DNA of 64,000 nucleotides. Origin: Candidatus Eiseniibacteriota bacterium. Its GTDB lineage: Bacteria > Eisenbacteria > RBG-16-71-46 > CAVPCR01. A program made the position numbers and the translations under genes. The stretch is from assembly GCA_963823555.1 (NCBI GenBank), contig CAWGMA010000001.1, positions 544,001 through 608,000 on the forward strand, written 5' to 3'. Every line of letters begins with the position of its first letter. The stretch's first letter is position 1. The notes under the pieces were generated by a model. It was not told the DNA's origin. It ran no database searches and saw only the letters and a program-made list of their open reading frames with translations. Shown here in pieces: positions 26,178 to 36,028 of this stretch.

Positions 26178-26717
26178 ATGCGCACCAGACAATCCGCCGC
26201 GACAGCAAACAGCGCGCCGGCCGCGCACGCTGCTTACCGCAGAGAGGTCGGTAACGGGAACGGCGCGCGAGCATTTCCCATCTACGAGCGCTCCTACTCG
26301 ATCGGTCACGTGGCGCGGATGCTCTATGTGTCCGCGCAGACGATCCGCTACTACGAGCGGGAAGGGCTCATTCTTCCCACCAGAACATCCGCAGGAACCC
26401 GCCGTTACACGACGAGCGACCTCGCGCGATTGAAGCGCATTCGCGATCTCATCTCCGATGAGGGCCTCAACGTCGCCGGCATCCGGCACATGCTGGGCAT
26501 GCTCCCATGTTGGGAACTGCGCGGATGCGGCGTGGAACGGGCATCCGAGTGCTGGCAGTTGCACGATGATCGTCATCCCTGCTGGACCAATTCCTATTGC
26601 ATGTACCGGGACGGTCCCAAGACGTGTCGGGCATGCAATGTCTACCTGCGAGCCTTCGACGTGCTTGCGGGAAGGCGCGTGCTACGCCTCATGCCTTCGG
26701 GCTGGCCGCAGGCCTAG
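26178..26717 (+). CDS. MerR/HspR-like transcriptional regulator with Cys-rich (CW-type) C-terminal domain
   Basis: YSIGHVARML.VSAQTIRYYEREGLI.P.RT..GTRRY, GLNVAGI; tail contains 7 Cys. The start codon is uncertain. Confidence 0.88.
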   Translation: MRTRQSAATANSAPAAHAAYRREVGNGNGARAFPIYERSYSIGHVARMLYVSAQTIRYYEREGLILPTRTSAGTRRYTTSDLARLKRIRDLISDEGLNVAGIRHMLGMLPCWELRGCGVERASECWQLHDDRHPCWTNSYCMYRDGPKTCRACNVYLRAFDVLAGRRVLRLMPSGWPQA

Positions 26718-26754
26718 GCCGCAAATAGAGGCCGCAATCCAGGCGCACACAAGA

Positions 26755-26786
26755 CGGCGCCCCGGTCGGGAGGGACCGGGGCGCCG
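26755..26786. terminator. Hairpin between convergent merR-like and peptidase genes
   Basis: 13-bp stem CGGCGCCCCGGTC / GACCGGGGCGCCG. Confidence 0.65.
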
Positions 26787-26815
26787 GTGTGATTCTGGCC
26801 TGGATTCTCGTCCCG

Positions 26816-28540
26816 CTAGCGGGCGATGAGCGCGCGGAGGGATGTCTCCTGCCCCGCGGCCTCGAGACGGAGGAAGTAGACGCCGTTCGCGAGTTCGCGC
26901 GCCGAGCCGTCGCGCCCGTCCCAGACGACGGCGTTGGCGCCGGCCGAACGCGACTCATCGACGAGCGTCCGCACGTGTCGGCCGCCGGCGTCGAAGACCT
27001 GCAGCCTCACCCGCCCTGGCGCGGGCACGGTGAAGCGGACCGTGGTTGCCGGGGCGAACGGATTCGGTGACGCGGCGAGAAGGAGCGGACCGGCACCCGG
27101 GGCGCTGGCGCCGGGGTCGGCCACCGCGGTCACGTTGGTCTCGGCGCTGTAGGTGTAGTTGGTGCCGCCAGCGGCCGAGATCCCGGCCGACACCATGACC
27201 GCGCGATCGTAGACGGGGCCGACATCCGGTAGATCGATCGTCCCCGCCTGGAGCGGATCGAGGGCCACCCGGGTCACGCGTGGCGGGAGCGTCGCGTCGA
27301 GCTCGAGCGCCCATAACGCATAGCGCGTGATGTCATTGCCGTCGAAATCGAAACCCACTCCGCTCTGCGGGTTCAGGAGCTGGATGTAGTCGGCGGCCCA
27401 GTGATTCACCGTCGCGTTGATCGGCCCCACCGGATAGGTCGAGTGTGTCGCCGAGTGGTTGAAGGGCGGGAGATCCTCACCCACATAGCCGAAGCGCCCA
27501 TCGCCGATCGCCGGGTCATCCAGGTAGTTGGCGACGACCCAGTCGGCGAACACATCCTCGAAGTTGTCGGTGTAGCCGCGTCGATCGAGCACCGCATCGT
27601 AGCCGGCGATCGAGTTGCCCGGCTCGTGGACGACATCGTAGAGCGCGGCCTCGCCGCCGTAGCGCTCGTAGAAGTAGAGCGACCACAGGTAGGTCTTGAT
27701 GTAGTCGGCCCAGGCGCCGTTGAAAACCGTGAGGTTGTTGTCGGGCTGGGAATTGAACGAACTGATGTTGTCCGGATTCCCGTAGAGCCACATGGCGACC
27801 TCGGCCAGCCCCTCGTCCACCCACGACGACTCGTTCTGGTCATGCTGCCAGTGGATCATGTGCTCGAACTCGTGGGCCAGCACCCCGAGGAGGTAATCGC
27901 CGCTGGGGGAGTTGTCCGAATCGTTGATGTAGACCACCTCGCACTCGTTGCTGGCGTAGGGCTGGCTGCCATCCGGATACTGGTCGAAGATCCAGAAGAA
28001 GCCGTCGGAGCTGACGTCGAAGTCGTAATACATGATGTAAATGCGCGGATCGTTGTCGAGGGCGTCGGGCGGGACGCCGAAGGCGGCGACGTTGATGTCG
28101 TAGATGCCCTGGTCGGGGTGCGGGCCGATGGACATCAGGTCGAAGCGCTCGATGATGCGGTCGACGTCGGCCTGGTCGATGTTCACGTTCCACTGCGAGT
28201 CCTCGACCACGACGTAGCAGTTCTGTCCCACGCCGCGGATGGTGCAGGGCAAGAGGTCGGCCACCGGAGGGCCGTTCAGGCGCCAGATGTACCACAACCA
28301 CTCGTCACCGAGGCCGGGGTTCGGCGGCGGTCCCGCCGGCGTCACCTCGGGGCCGGCGCCATCGGGGGCCGGCGGCAACGGCTCGGGCACGAGACTGCGC
28401 GCGACCTGGGTCAGGCAGCGACCATCACGGGCGGTGGGGTCGGCGGCAGGCGCGTTGCCCGCAGTCGCCGTGGCGAGAAGGAGCGCCGCGGCGAGCACGA
28501 GTGCGGGACGGGCGGCGGATCGCAAGCGGATCGAGGGCAT
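26816..28540 (-). CDS. Secreted zinc metallopeptidase (M30/M6-like) with C-terminal FlgD-Ig domain
   Basis: Signal peptide, AHEFEHMIH..WVDEGLAE; C-terminal PNPF...V.L.VFD..GR.VRTL...WDGRD..G..NGVYF. Confidence 0.85.
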   Translation of the reverse strand: MPSIRLRSAARPALVLAAALLLATATAGNAPAADPTARDGRCLTQVARSLVPEPLPPAPDGAGPEVTPAGPPPNPGLGDEWLWYIWRLNGPPVADLLPCTIRGVGQNCYVVVEDSQWNVNIDQADVDRIIERFDLMSIGPHPDQGIYDINVAAFGVPPDALDNDPRIYIMYYDFDVSSDGFFWIFDQYPDGSQPYASNECEVVYINDSDNSPSGDYLLGVLAHEFEHMIHWQHDQNESSWVDEGLAEVAMWLYGNPDNISSFNSQPDNNLTVFNGAWADYIKTYLWSLYFYERYGGEAALYDVVHEPGNSIAGYDAVLDRRGYTDNFEDVFADWVVANYLDDPAIGDGRFGYVGEDLPPFNHSATHSTYPVGPINATVNHWAADYIQLLNPQSGVGFDFDGNDITRYALWALELDATLPPRVTRVALDPLQAGTIDLPDVGPVYDRAVMVSAGISAAGGTNYTYSAETNVTAVADPGASAPGAGPLLLAASPNPFAPATTVRFTVPAPGRVRLQVFDAGGRHVRTLVDESRSAGANAVVWDGRDGSARELANGVYFLRLEAAGQETSLRALIAR

Positions 28541-28635
28541 GACTCCTCCCTGGACATGGCTTCAAGCCGGGCCAAGTTGTCGAAGGCGGTTGCGAAGATG
28601 GCTGCACCTTAGCTTATCACAGAACGAGCGCAGGC

Positions 28636-30591
28636 TCACGCCGCTTCGGAGCGCTGTGCCCTCGCCGTGCGGTAGAGCCAGGTCGCGAGCAGCAGGAAGA
28701 TGACGAGGGAATAGGCCTCCCACGCGAATCCGCCCAGGAATGGCTGGATCCCCCAGTGAATGTGCGCGATCTCGATCAGACCGATGGTGAGGAGTCCGAT
28801 GATCGCGTCACCGGCCACGAGCCCCGAGGAGACGAGAACGCCGCGTTCGAGTCGCGATGCCGGCGGGTCGGTGCCGGGCCGCGAACGGCCGAGGAGCCAC
28901 GACACGATGCCCCCGGTGAACATGGCGGTGGAGGTCGAGAACGGGAGGTAGATCCCGATGGCGAAGGGCAGGGTCGGAATGCGCGCCAGCTCGGAGGCGA
29001 CGCCGATGCCCATGCCGATCAGGACCAGGGTCCAGGGCAGGTTGCCCCCGAAGAGCCCCTGCACGATGAGGGACATCAGGGTCGCCTGCGGCGCCGGCAG
29101 CTCCTCCGAGCCGATGGTCTTGGTCTCGTGCAGGAAATAGAGGACGAAGCCGATGGTGGCGGCGGCGGCGAAGTTGCCGACCACGTTCATCGATTGCTGG
29201 CGCCATGGCGTTGCACCCAGGATGTAGCCTGTCTTCAGGTCCTGCGACATGTCCCCGGACATGCAGATCGCGATGCAGATCACGGCGCCGACCGTCATCG
29301 CCGCGATCATGCCCGAGGTCCCGGTCCAGCCGACGCCGAGGAAAATGAGGCAAGTGACGAGGAGGGCGGTGATCGTCATGCCCGATACCGGCGAGGCCGA
29401 GGAGCCAACCTGCCCGCAGATGTAGGCGGCGACGGCAACGAAGAAGAAGGAGAGAATCGTCGTCGTCGTCACCCCGACGAAAGCGCGCCACTCCCCGAAC
29501 CCGAGCAAGCCCCAGAGAAAGACGATGGCCACGACGGAGCCGAGAAGGAGCCAGCGATTCGAGAGGTCGCGCTCGGTGCGGAGGCGCGTGTCGCCCGCGC
29601 CGCGCGTTCCGCGCACGTCGCGGAAGATCGCGGTGAAGGCGCCCACCATGAGACCCGCCGACCGCATCACTGCCATGAAGCCGCCGACCGCCACCGCGCC
29701 GGCGCCGATGTATCGCAGGTAGCGGCCCCAGATCTCCGATGGTGTCATCGTGGAGAGCGGTTGGTCGGCGAACATCGGGTTCAGGTGGCTCGAGCCGTAG
29801 GCGTGCAGGAGCGGCAGGATGATCATCCAGCCGAGGAAGCCGCCGGCGAACATGAGGGTCGCCATGCGCGGGCCGACGATCATGCCGACGCCGAGGAGCG
29901 CCGGCATGCCCTCGCCGGCCACGGTGGCCTGGTGGAGCCGCTGGAAGGTGAAGGTGAACTCCCGGTTCCAGAGCTGGAACATCTCGACCACGAAACGGTA
30001 GACGGCGCCCATCCCGATCCCGCGCATGACGAGACCGAACTGCATCCCGCCGTGCTCCCCGGCCTTCAGGATCTCGGCGCAGGCCACGCCCTCGGGATAG
30101 GCGAGCTTGCCGTGCATGCGCACGATGAGGTAGCGGCGGAGCGGGATCATGAACAGCATGCCGAGAAGACCACCGACCCCGGCGAGCGCGAAGATGAGGG
30201 CGAGGGATGGGCGCTCGCCGAGGAAGATGAGCGCGGGCACGGTGAAGATGACGCCGGCGGCGAGCGACTCGCCGCTCGATCCGATGGTCTGCACGATGTT
30301 GTTCTCGAGCACGTTCCGTGATTTGAACACGGTCGAGAGGAGGAACATGCCGATGACGGCGGCGGGCAGCGAGGCCGAGACCGTCTGGCCCGCGAGGAGG
30401 CCCAGGTAGGCATTGGCGGCACCGTAGACCACGCCGATCAGGACGCCGATCGCCACGCCGCGGAACGTGATCTCGGGCGGGCTCTCGCCGGCCGCGATGT
30501 AGGGAATGCGGTGCGGATCGTGGGCGCTCGTGCGGCCGCCGGCGGGGTTCGTGGGGAATTCGCGGCGGGTGGGCCTGGTCGCGTCGCTCAT
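28636..30591 (-). CDS. OPT family oligopeptide transporter
   Basis: EITFR, ANAYLGL, ENNIVQT.GSSGE, IPLRR, YPEG.A, QDLKTG, LPAPQA.LM; RBS AAGGAG. Confidence 0.93.
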   Translation of the reverse strand: MSDATRPTRREFPTNPAGGRTSAHDPHRIPYIAAGESPPEITFRGVAIGVLIGVVYGAANAYLGLLAGQTVSASLPAAVIGMFLLSTVFKSRNVLENNIVQTIGSSGESLAAGVIFTVPALIFLGERPSLALIFALAGVGGLLGMLFMIPLRRYLIVRMHGKLAYPEGVACAEILKAGEHGGMQFGLVMRGIGMGAVYRFVVEMFQLWNREFTFTFQRLHQATVAGEGMPALLGVGMIVGPRMATLMFAGGFLGWMIILPLLHAYGSSHLNPMFADQPLSTMTPSEIWGRYLRYIGAGAVAVGGFMAVMRSAGLMVGAFTAIFRDVRGTRGAGDTRLRTERDLSNRWLLLGSVVAIVFLWGLLGFGEWRAFVGVTTTTILSFFFVAVAAYICGQVGSSASPVSGMTITALLVTCLIFLGVGWTGTSGMIAAMTVGAVICIAICMSGDMSQDLKTGYILGATPWRQQSMNVVGNFAAAATIGFVLYFLHETKTIGSEELPAPQATLMSLIVQGLFGGNLPWTLVLIGMGIGVASELARIPTLPFAIGIYLPFSTSTAMFTGGIVSWLLGRSRPGTDPPASRLERGVLVSSGLVAGDAIIGLLTIGLIEIAHIHWGIQPFLGGFAWEAYSLVIFLLLATWLYRTARAQRSEAA

Positions 30592-30869
30592 GCGGGGGCT
30601 CCTTGTGCGTCCGCCGCATCCGCCCGCGGCGGACGATCGCACTCCAGGGGCCGGCCCGCGGGGCGGGCCGAGGCAAAGGCGCGAGGCAACGGAAAGGCGG
30701 GAGAATAGCAGAGAGCCGGCCCCCCGTCGCGGTGGGGGAGGAATCCCTGCCAAGATCCTCGCCGCGCAGGGCGTCTTGGATTACTCTTCCCCTGGTGGGT
30801 CGGGCCGGTGCCGGCCCGGCCTCGAGGGGCCCGCCGCCACGCGCGTGACCAGCGCATGATCCGGAGCGC

Positions 30870-31763
30870 ATGATCCGACTGAGCGTGATCATCCCCGCAT
30901 TCAATGCGGGCTCGCTGCTCGCTGAAGCGGTGGCTTCGGTGGCCGCATTTCTGCACGACGACGTCGAGGTCATCGTCGTCGACGACGGCTCGACGGATGG
31001 CTCGGCGGAGGTCGTGGCCACGATGCGCGGCGTCGTGGCGCTCCGCCAGGAGAACCAAGGGCCGGGTGCCGCGCGGAACACGGGGCTCGCCGCCGCCCGT
31101 GGGGAACACGTGGCGTTCCTCGATGCCGACGATGCCTGGCTTCCGGGACGCGTGGACGCGCTCCTGGCCACGGGCTCGCCCGAGTCGCAGGCGCTCGCCC
31201 GGGCCGATCTCGTCTATTCCGATTACGTGATCCGCGATCTCGTGCGCGGCACGCGCCGCTGCCACCGGTGCCCGCCGCTCGTCGAGCCTGCGGCGTGCAC
31301 CATCCTCCTCCACAATCCGATCGGCACCTCGACGGTGATCGCGCGGCGCGAGGCGGTCCTCGCTGCGGGAGGCTTCCGCACCGATCTCCGTTTCGCCGAG
31401 GACTGGGATCTCTGGCTCAAGATGGCCGAGCGTGGTCGCGTCGAGCACATCGCCAACGCCTGGGCTGAGCACCGCGAGCGCAAGGGAAGCCTTGCCGGGG
31501 GCGATTTCTCGCTGCTGCACCGCGCTGGAGAAGCGGTGCTCGAGGCGGCGTTCGAGCGGGCACCCGCCGTCTACCGCCCCGTGCTCGTCCGCGCTCGCGC
31601 CGGCCTGGATCTCAGAAGCGGGCTCCGCGCCTACCGGGCTCGAGATTTCGTTCGCGCGCGTGACTACTTCGGGCGAGCGGTCCGCGGCGGTCAATTGCGG
31701 CCGGGGCTCAAGCTGTATCTGGCCTCCTTCCTCGCGCGCAGCCGTCCGGAGCGCCGCGGATGA
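30870..31763 (+). CDS. Glycosyltransferase family 2
   Basis: SVIIPAFN, VVDDGSTD, GAARNTG, FLDADD, EDWDLW. Confidence 0.93.
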   Translation: MIRLSVIIPAFNAGSLLAEAVASVAAFLHDDVEVIVVDDGSTDGSAEVVATMRGVVALRQENQGPGAARNTGLAAARGEHVAFLDADDAWLPGRVDALLATGSPESQALARADLVYSDYVIRDLVRGTRRCHRCPPLVEPAACTILLHNPIGTSTVIARREAVLAAGGFRTDLRFAEDWDLWLKMAERGRVEHIANAWAEHRERKGSLAGGDFSLLHRAGEAVLEAAFERAPAVYRPVLVRARAGLDLRSGLRAYRARDFVRARDYFGRAVRGGQLRPGLKLYLASFLARSRPERRG

Positions 31764-33304
31764 CGACATCGCCCGAGTTGTCGCGGCGCCTGGTATCGAA
31801 TCTCGCCGCCTCGTTCTGGGCGATGGGGCTCAGACTGCCGGTCACCTTTCTCCTCACCCCGTTTCTCCTCACCCGGCTCGGCGATGCGCGTTTCGGCACC
31901 TTCGGCGTCTTGCTCTCGCTCCTGGCGTACCTCAACCTCGCCGGTGGCCCCTTGCACTCCTCGACCGGCCGCGAGTACGCCCACGCCGGGGACGATCCCG
32001 AGAAACGATCTCGCGTGCTGGCCAATGCGGTCGTCACCTCGGGCCTGGTTGCGCTCTTGACGGCGGTTGCTGGTTTCGTCCTCGCTGGCCCCCTGGTGGA
32101 CGCCATGCGCGTACCGCCGGCCTTTCGCGCCGAAGCGATCTTCTGCTTCTACACCCTGATCGGCACCGTGCTCGTGAGCCAGGTTGCGACTCCCTTCCTG
32201 GGGCTCCTCATGAGCGCCAACCGTTACGACCTGATCGACGTGATCCCGGCGGTCGGTCAGGTCCTCTATGCGGGCCTCGCCGTGGCTGCCTTTCGCTGGC
32301 GTGGCCCCTCGCTCGAGCTGCTGGGTCTCTCGCATCTGGCCGCGCACACCCTGGCCATGGCGGTCCTCTCGAGTCTTGCACTCAAGCACCTGGGCGGGGC
32401 TCGGCTCCGGGCCGGAGCGCTCGACTGGCAGGAGCTCAAGACCGTGCTCGGCTTCTCGGGAGAACTCCTCGTCATCAACGTGAGCGTTCTCCTCACGTAT
32501 CAGACCGACAACATCGTCATCTCCCGCATGCTCGGAGTGGCGGCGGTCGCGCACTACACGGTGGCTTCGAGCCTGATCACGCGTTTCCGCCAGATCTCCT
32601 ACGGGCTCTCGCGCACCTTCATGCCGGCAACGGCTGATCCCTCGACCACACCCGAGCGCCGGCGTGAACTCCACTTCCGCGGGACACGCTATTCGACTTT
32701 GCTCGTCGCGGTCCTCGGCGCCGTGGCGGCCGGAGTGGCCGTTCCCTTCTACGAGCGCTGGCTCGGCCCCGATTACCGGGAGAGCGCCGGGATCTTCGTG
32801 CTCCTGATCGTCGCCAATCTCTTCGCCATGAGTCAGTACGTGACCAACGCGGTCCTCACCGGGTTGCGTCACACCCGCCCGCTCATGGTGAGCGAGGTCC
32901 TGGCCGCGCTCCTGAACCTAGCGCTCTCGATCGGGCTCGTGAGGGCCGGGTTCGGACTCGTCGGCGTAGCACTCGGCACGCTGGTGCCCATGGTCCTCAG
33001 GAACTCCTGGCTTGCGGTGCATGGCGCGCATGTCGTGGGCGCGCCGGTCTCCGCCTACGTGCGACGGATCTACCTGCCGTCGGCCGTGGTGTTCATCGTG
33101 ACCACGCTCGCTCTCGCCCTGGCGGCGCGGGGTGGGTGGTTCCCGAGCTGGCCTGCGCTCTTCGCCGCGGGCGCCATCGGGTTCGTCCTGGCCGCTGTCC
33201 TCGCCAATCGCCTGGTCCTCGACGATACGGACCGGTGCTTCATCCGAGGTGCGCTGGCGCGGGAGCGGGACCGGAGTTCGGGGCCGGGCGGAGCGGGATC
33301 GTGA
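31760..33304 (+). CDS. Wzx-like oligosaccharide flippase
   Basis: About 14 hydrophobic segments, TPFL...LG...FG, D.IVI...LG..AVA.Y; ATGA-coupled to the GT2 gene. Confidence 0.85.
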   Translation: MTTSPELSRRLVSNLAASFWAMGLRLPVTFLLTPFLLTRLGDARFGTFGVLLSLLAYLNLAGGPLHSSTGREYAHAGDDPEKRSRVLANAVVTSGLVALLTAVAGFVLAGPLVDAMRVPPAFRAEAIFCFYTLIGTVLVSQVATPFLGLLMSANRYDLIDVIPAVGQVLYAGLAVAAFRWRGPSLELLGLSHLAAHTLAMAVLSSLALKHLGGARLRAGALDWQELKTVLGFSGELLVINVSVLLTYQTDNIVISRMLGVAAVAHYTVASSLITRFRQISYGLSRTFMPATADPSTTPERRRELHFRGTRYSTLLVAVLGAVAAGVAVPFYERWLGPDYRESAGIFVLLIVANLFAMSQYVTNAVLTGLRHTRPLMVSEVLAALLNLALSIGLVRAGFGLVGVALGTLVPMVLRNSWLAVHGAHVVGAPVSAYVRRIYLPSAVVFIVTTLALALAARGGWFPSWPALFAAGAIGFVLAAVLANRLVLDDTDRCFIRGALARERDRSSGPGGAGS

Positions 33305-34508
33305 GCATCACGGCGCCGGCCATGAGGATGGCGGCCACCCAGTAGGGCGCTCCGATGCCGACGTGCTCGAAGAGGTTCCCGCCAAGAATCGGTCCGAGGA
33401 CGCGGGCCAGGCTCGACAGCGACTGGCCGATGCCGAGCGTGCCTCCCTGCTCGTCCGCGGCCGCGTTACGCGACAGGAGCGACTGCAAGGTCGGCCCCAG
33501 GAGCCCGCTGCCGGCAGCGATCAGGATCAGCACGGGATAGAGAGATCCGATCTTCGCTGGCCAGGAGAAGAGAGCGAGACCGAGGGCCAGGAGGACGAGT
33601 CCCGTGCGTACCAGCCGGACCTCGCCGAAGCGGCGCGTCAGGCGCCCGATCAGGCCGCCCTGGATCAGGGCCGAGATCACCCCGATCACGAACAGCGCAG
33701 CCCCGGTAGCGCGCGCCGCCGCTCTCTGCGTCGAATGGTCGCCGATCGCGGGCAGCACCGGCGGTGGTGGCCCGAAGGCCGGTTGCTCGAGCGTGAAGCG
33801 ATGCTCGATATAGAGCGAGAAGGTGGATTCGAGCTGGGCGAAGGCGAAGGTGGCGAGGAAGAAGAGCGCGAGGATCACGCCCACGTTCGGCCGCTCGATG
33901 GCGATGAGGAAGGCGCGCACGTTGGCTCCAACCCCGCGCTGCCCGGCGGCGCTGACCTGGCGCGCGGCCGGCTCGGGGAGCATGATGGCGGCGAGGATGA
34001 GGTCGAGCCCGGTGAGCACAGCGGCCGCGACAGCGGGGAGTGGAATGGCGATGCCGCCCAGGAAGCCGCCGAGCGCCGGGCCGAAGACGAATCCGAGACC
34101 GAAGGCCATGCCCACCAGGCCCATGCCGCGGGCCCGCTCCTCCGGGCGCGTGACGTCGGCGATGTAGGCCTGAGCGGTGGGGATGTTGGCATTGCCTATG
34201 CCGGCGAGGATCCGTGCGGCGAACACGAGCGGCAGCGTGTCGGCGACGGCCAGGAGGGCGTAGCCGGCGGTCGAGACCGCGAGGCTCATCAGGATGATCG
34301 GGCGCCGCCCGATGCGATCGGAAAGTCGCCCCCACACCGGCGCGAAGAGGAACTGCATGAGTGAATAGGACGCCATGAGGAGGGTGATGACGGCGGGCGA
34401 GGCGCCGAATCGCTCGGCGAAGTAGGGGAGAATGGGGATGATGATCCCGAAGCCCAGGAGGTCGAGAAAGACGGTGAAGAAGATGATGAGGAGCGGTTTC
34501 GAGCGCAT
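33240..34508 (-). CDS. MFS transporter (TetA/DHA1-like)
   Basis: D.LGFGIIIPILP, motif A GRLSDRIGRR, AYIAD, GPALGG. Confidence 0.92.
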   Translation of the reverse strand: MRSKPLLIIFFTVFLDLLGFGIIIPILPYFAERFGASPAVITLLMASYSLMQFLFAPVWGRLSDRIGRRPIILMSLAVSTAGYALLAVADTLPLVFAARILAGIGNANIPTAQAYIADVTRPEERARGMGLVGMAFGLGFVFGPALGGFLGGIAIPLPAVAAAVLTGLDLILAAIMLPEPAARQVSAAGQRGVGANVRAFLIAIERPNVGVILALFFLATFAFAQLESTFSLYIEHRFTLEQPAFGPPPPVLPAIGDHSTQRAAARATGAALFVIGVISALIQGGLIGRLTRRFGEVRLVRTGLVLLALGLALFSWPAKIGSLYPVLILIAAGSGLLGPTLQSLLSRNAAADEQGGTLGIGQSLSSLARVLGPILGGNLFEHVGIGAPYWVAAILMAGAVMLTIPLRPAPNSGPAPAPAHLG

Positions 34509-34735
34509 GCAGTCTCCTGCCGCCGCCGCGCGCCGATCGCGCGGGCGACGGAACGTGCGATTGAACCGCAGTCGGCTGCTGCGCGCAAGGGCGGTGAGGC
34601 GTCGCTGCCCGGATAGATGGCATGACGCGGCTGCGGGAGGGCGATCAGGAGCGGCTGCCCGGATGGCGGCCGAGCCGCCCCCTCCCCGATCAGTCCCGGG
34701 GGCAGTATGCTAGGGAATGACGGAGGAGAGACCCC

Positions 34736-35725
34736 ATGCCGGCCAACCTGACCCCGCAGTACAAGGCGGCCGAGGAGCGCTATCGAGCCGCCACCGATCC
34801 CGAAGAGAAGCTCGCCGCGCTGCGCGAGATGCTGGCGGTGATGCCCAAGCACAAGGGCACCGAGAAGTTGCAGGGCGATCTCAAACAGCGGATCGCCAAG
34901 CTCACGCAGCAAGCGCAGAGTCGCGGTGGGGCGCGGCGAACCACGTTCGACCACGTCCCGCGTGAAGGAGCCGGGCAGGTCGTCCTGATCGGTCCACCGA
35001 ATGCGGGCAAGTCCTCGCTCCTGGGGGCGTTGACCCGCGCCGAGCCGGTGATCGCCCCCTATCCCTTCACCACCCACGTGCCGCAGCCGGGCATGATGCC
35101 GTTCGAAGATGTCATGGTCCAGCTGGTCGACACCCCGGCCCTCGCCGCCGAGCACACCCCGCCCTGGCTTCCCGGACTCGTGCGGTCCGCGGATCTGGCG
35201 CTCCTCGTCGTCGATCTGAGCTCGCCAGCCCTGCTCGAAGAGGTGGAATTCGCCCTCGATCGCATGGCTCAGTCCCGCGTGCACCTCCGCCCGCCCGGCG
35301 ATGGGAGCCCGCCGGAGGATCCCTCCGCCGAGGCCGTGCAGGCGGTGGTCGTCGGCACGCACGCCGAGCTCGAGGACGCCACGATGGGCCGGGATCTCCT
35401 TGGCGAGTTCCTTGCCGGGGGCCTGCCCTTCACCACCGTCTCCACCGTTGATCGCCGCGGGCTCGAGGAACTCCGGAGTCGGGTCTACGCCCTCCTCGAT
35501 GTCATCCGGGTCTACACGAAGGAGCCGGGTAAGCCGGCCGACCGGGAGCGGCCCTTCGTCCTCAAGCGCGGCTCTACCGTCGGGGACCTCGCGGCGTTGA
35601 TTCACAAGGATCTGGCCGCCAAGCTGCGCTTCGCGCGGGTCTGGGGCACCGCGACCTTCGACGGGCAGACCGTGCACCGCGACCACCCGCTCTCCGACCG
35701 GGATATCGTGGAGCTGCACGAATAG
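34736..35725 (+). CDS. DRG-like OBG-family GTPase with TGS domain
   Basis: MPANL...[10 protein letters not shown]-terminus, G1 GPPNAGKS, G2 YPFTT, G3 DTPA; TGS IRVYTK..IH.D...ARVWG..L.D.DIVE. Confidence 0.9.
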   Translation: MPANLTPQYKAAEERYRAATDPEEKLAALREMLAVMPKHKGTEKLQGDLKQRIAKLTQQAQSRGGARRTTFDHVPREGAGQVVLIGPPNAGKSSLLGALTRAEPVIAPYPFTTHVPQPGMMPFEDVMVQLVDTPALAAEHTPPWLPGLVRSADLALLVVDLSSPALLEEVEFALDRMAQSRVHLRPPGDGSPPEDPSAEAVQAVVVGTHAELEDATMGRDLLGEFLAGGLPFTTVSTVDRRGLEELRSRVYALLDVIRVYTKEPGKPADRERPFVLKRGSTVGDLAALIHKDLAAKLRFARVWGTATFDGQTVHRDHPLSDRDIVELHE

Positions 35726-35744
35726 CGGCGTCTCAAATAAGTCG

Positions 35745-35773
35745 TTGCCTTTTGTAGGGTTATCTGCTATGGT
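35745..35773 (+). promoter_or_regulatory. Putative sigma70 promoter for the PKD protein gene
   Basis: TTGCCT-17 bp-TATGGT with TGn extension in an AT-richer patch. Confidence 0.5.
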
Positions 35774-36028
35774 CTGCGGGTTACAGCGAGGGTGGCCTTC
35801 GTGGCTGCTCCGCAGCCCGTACCCGTCGCACCCGAGCCAAAGCCTGATCCAGCCGCCAGCGCCCCCCGCTCGGACCGCCATCCGTTCGAACCACCATCTC
35901 GCTGGTCTTTCGATTTCGCTTTGGCTGGCTTTCGGGAGCTCCCGCCAGGGATCCCTCGGTTGTCCCGCCTTGATTCTGTCTCCGGAAAGTCAACGACATA
36001 GTCAACGATGATCAGCCTGGGAGGCATC

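Noticed and set aside
33240..34508. Calling the MFS gene tetA (tetracycline resistance)
   Set aside because: Only family-level motifs are visible, there is no adjacent tetR, and the substrate cannot be inferred.
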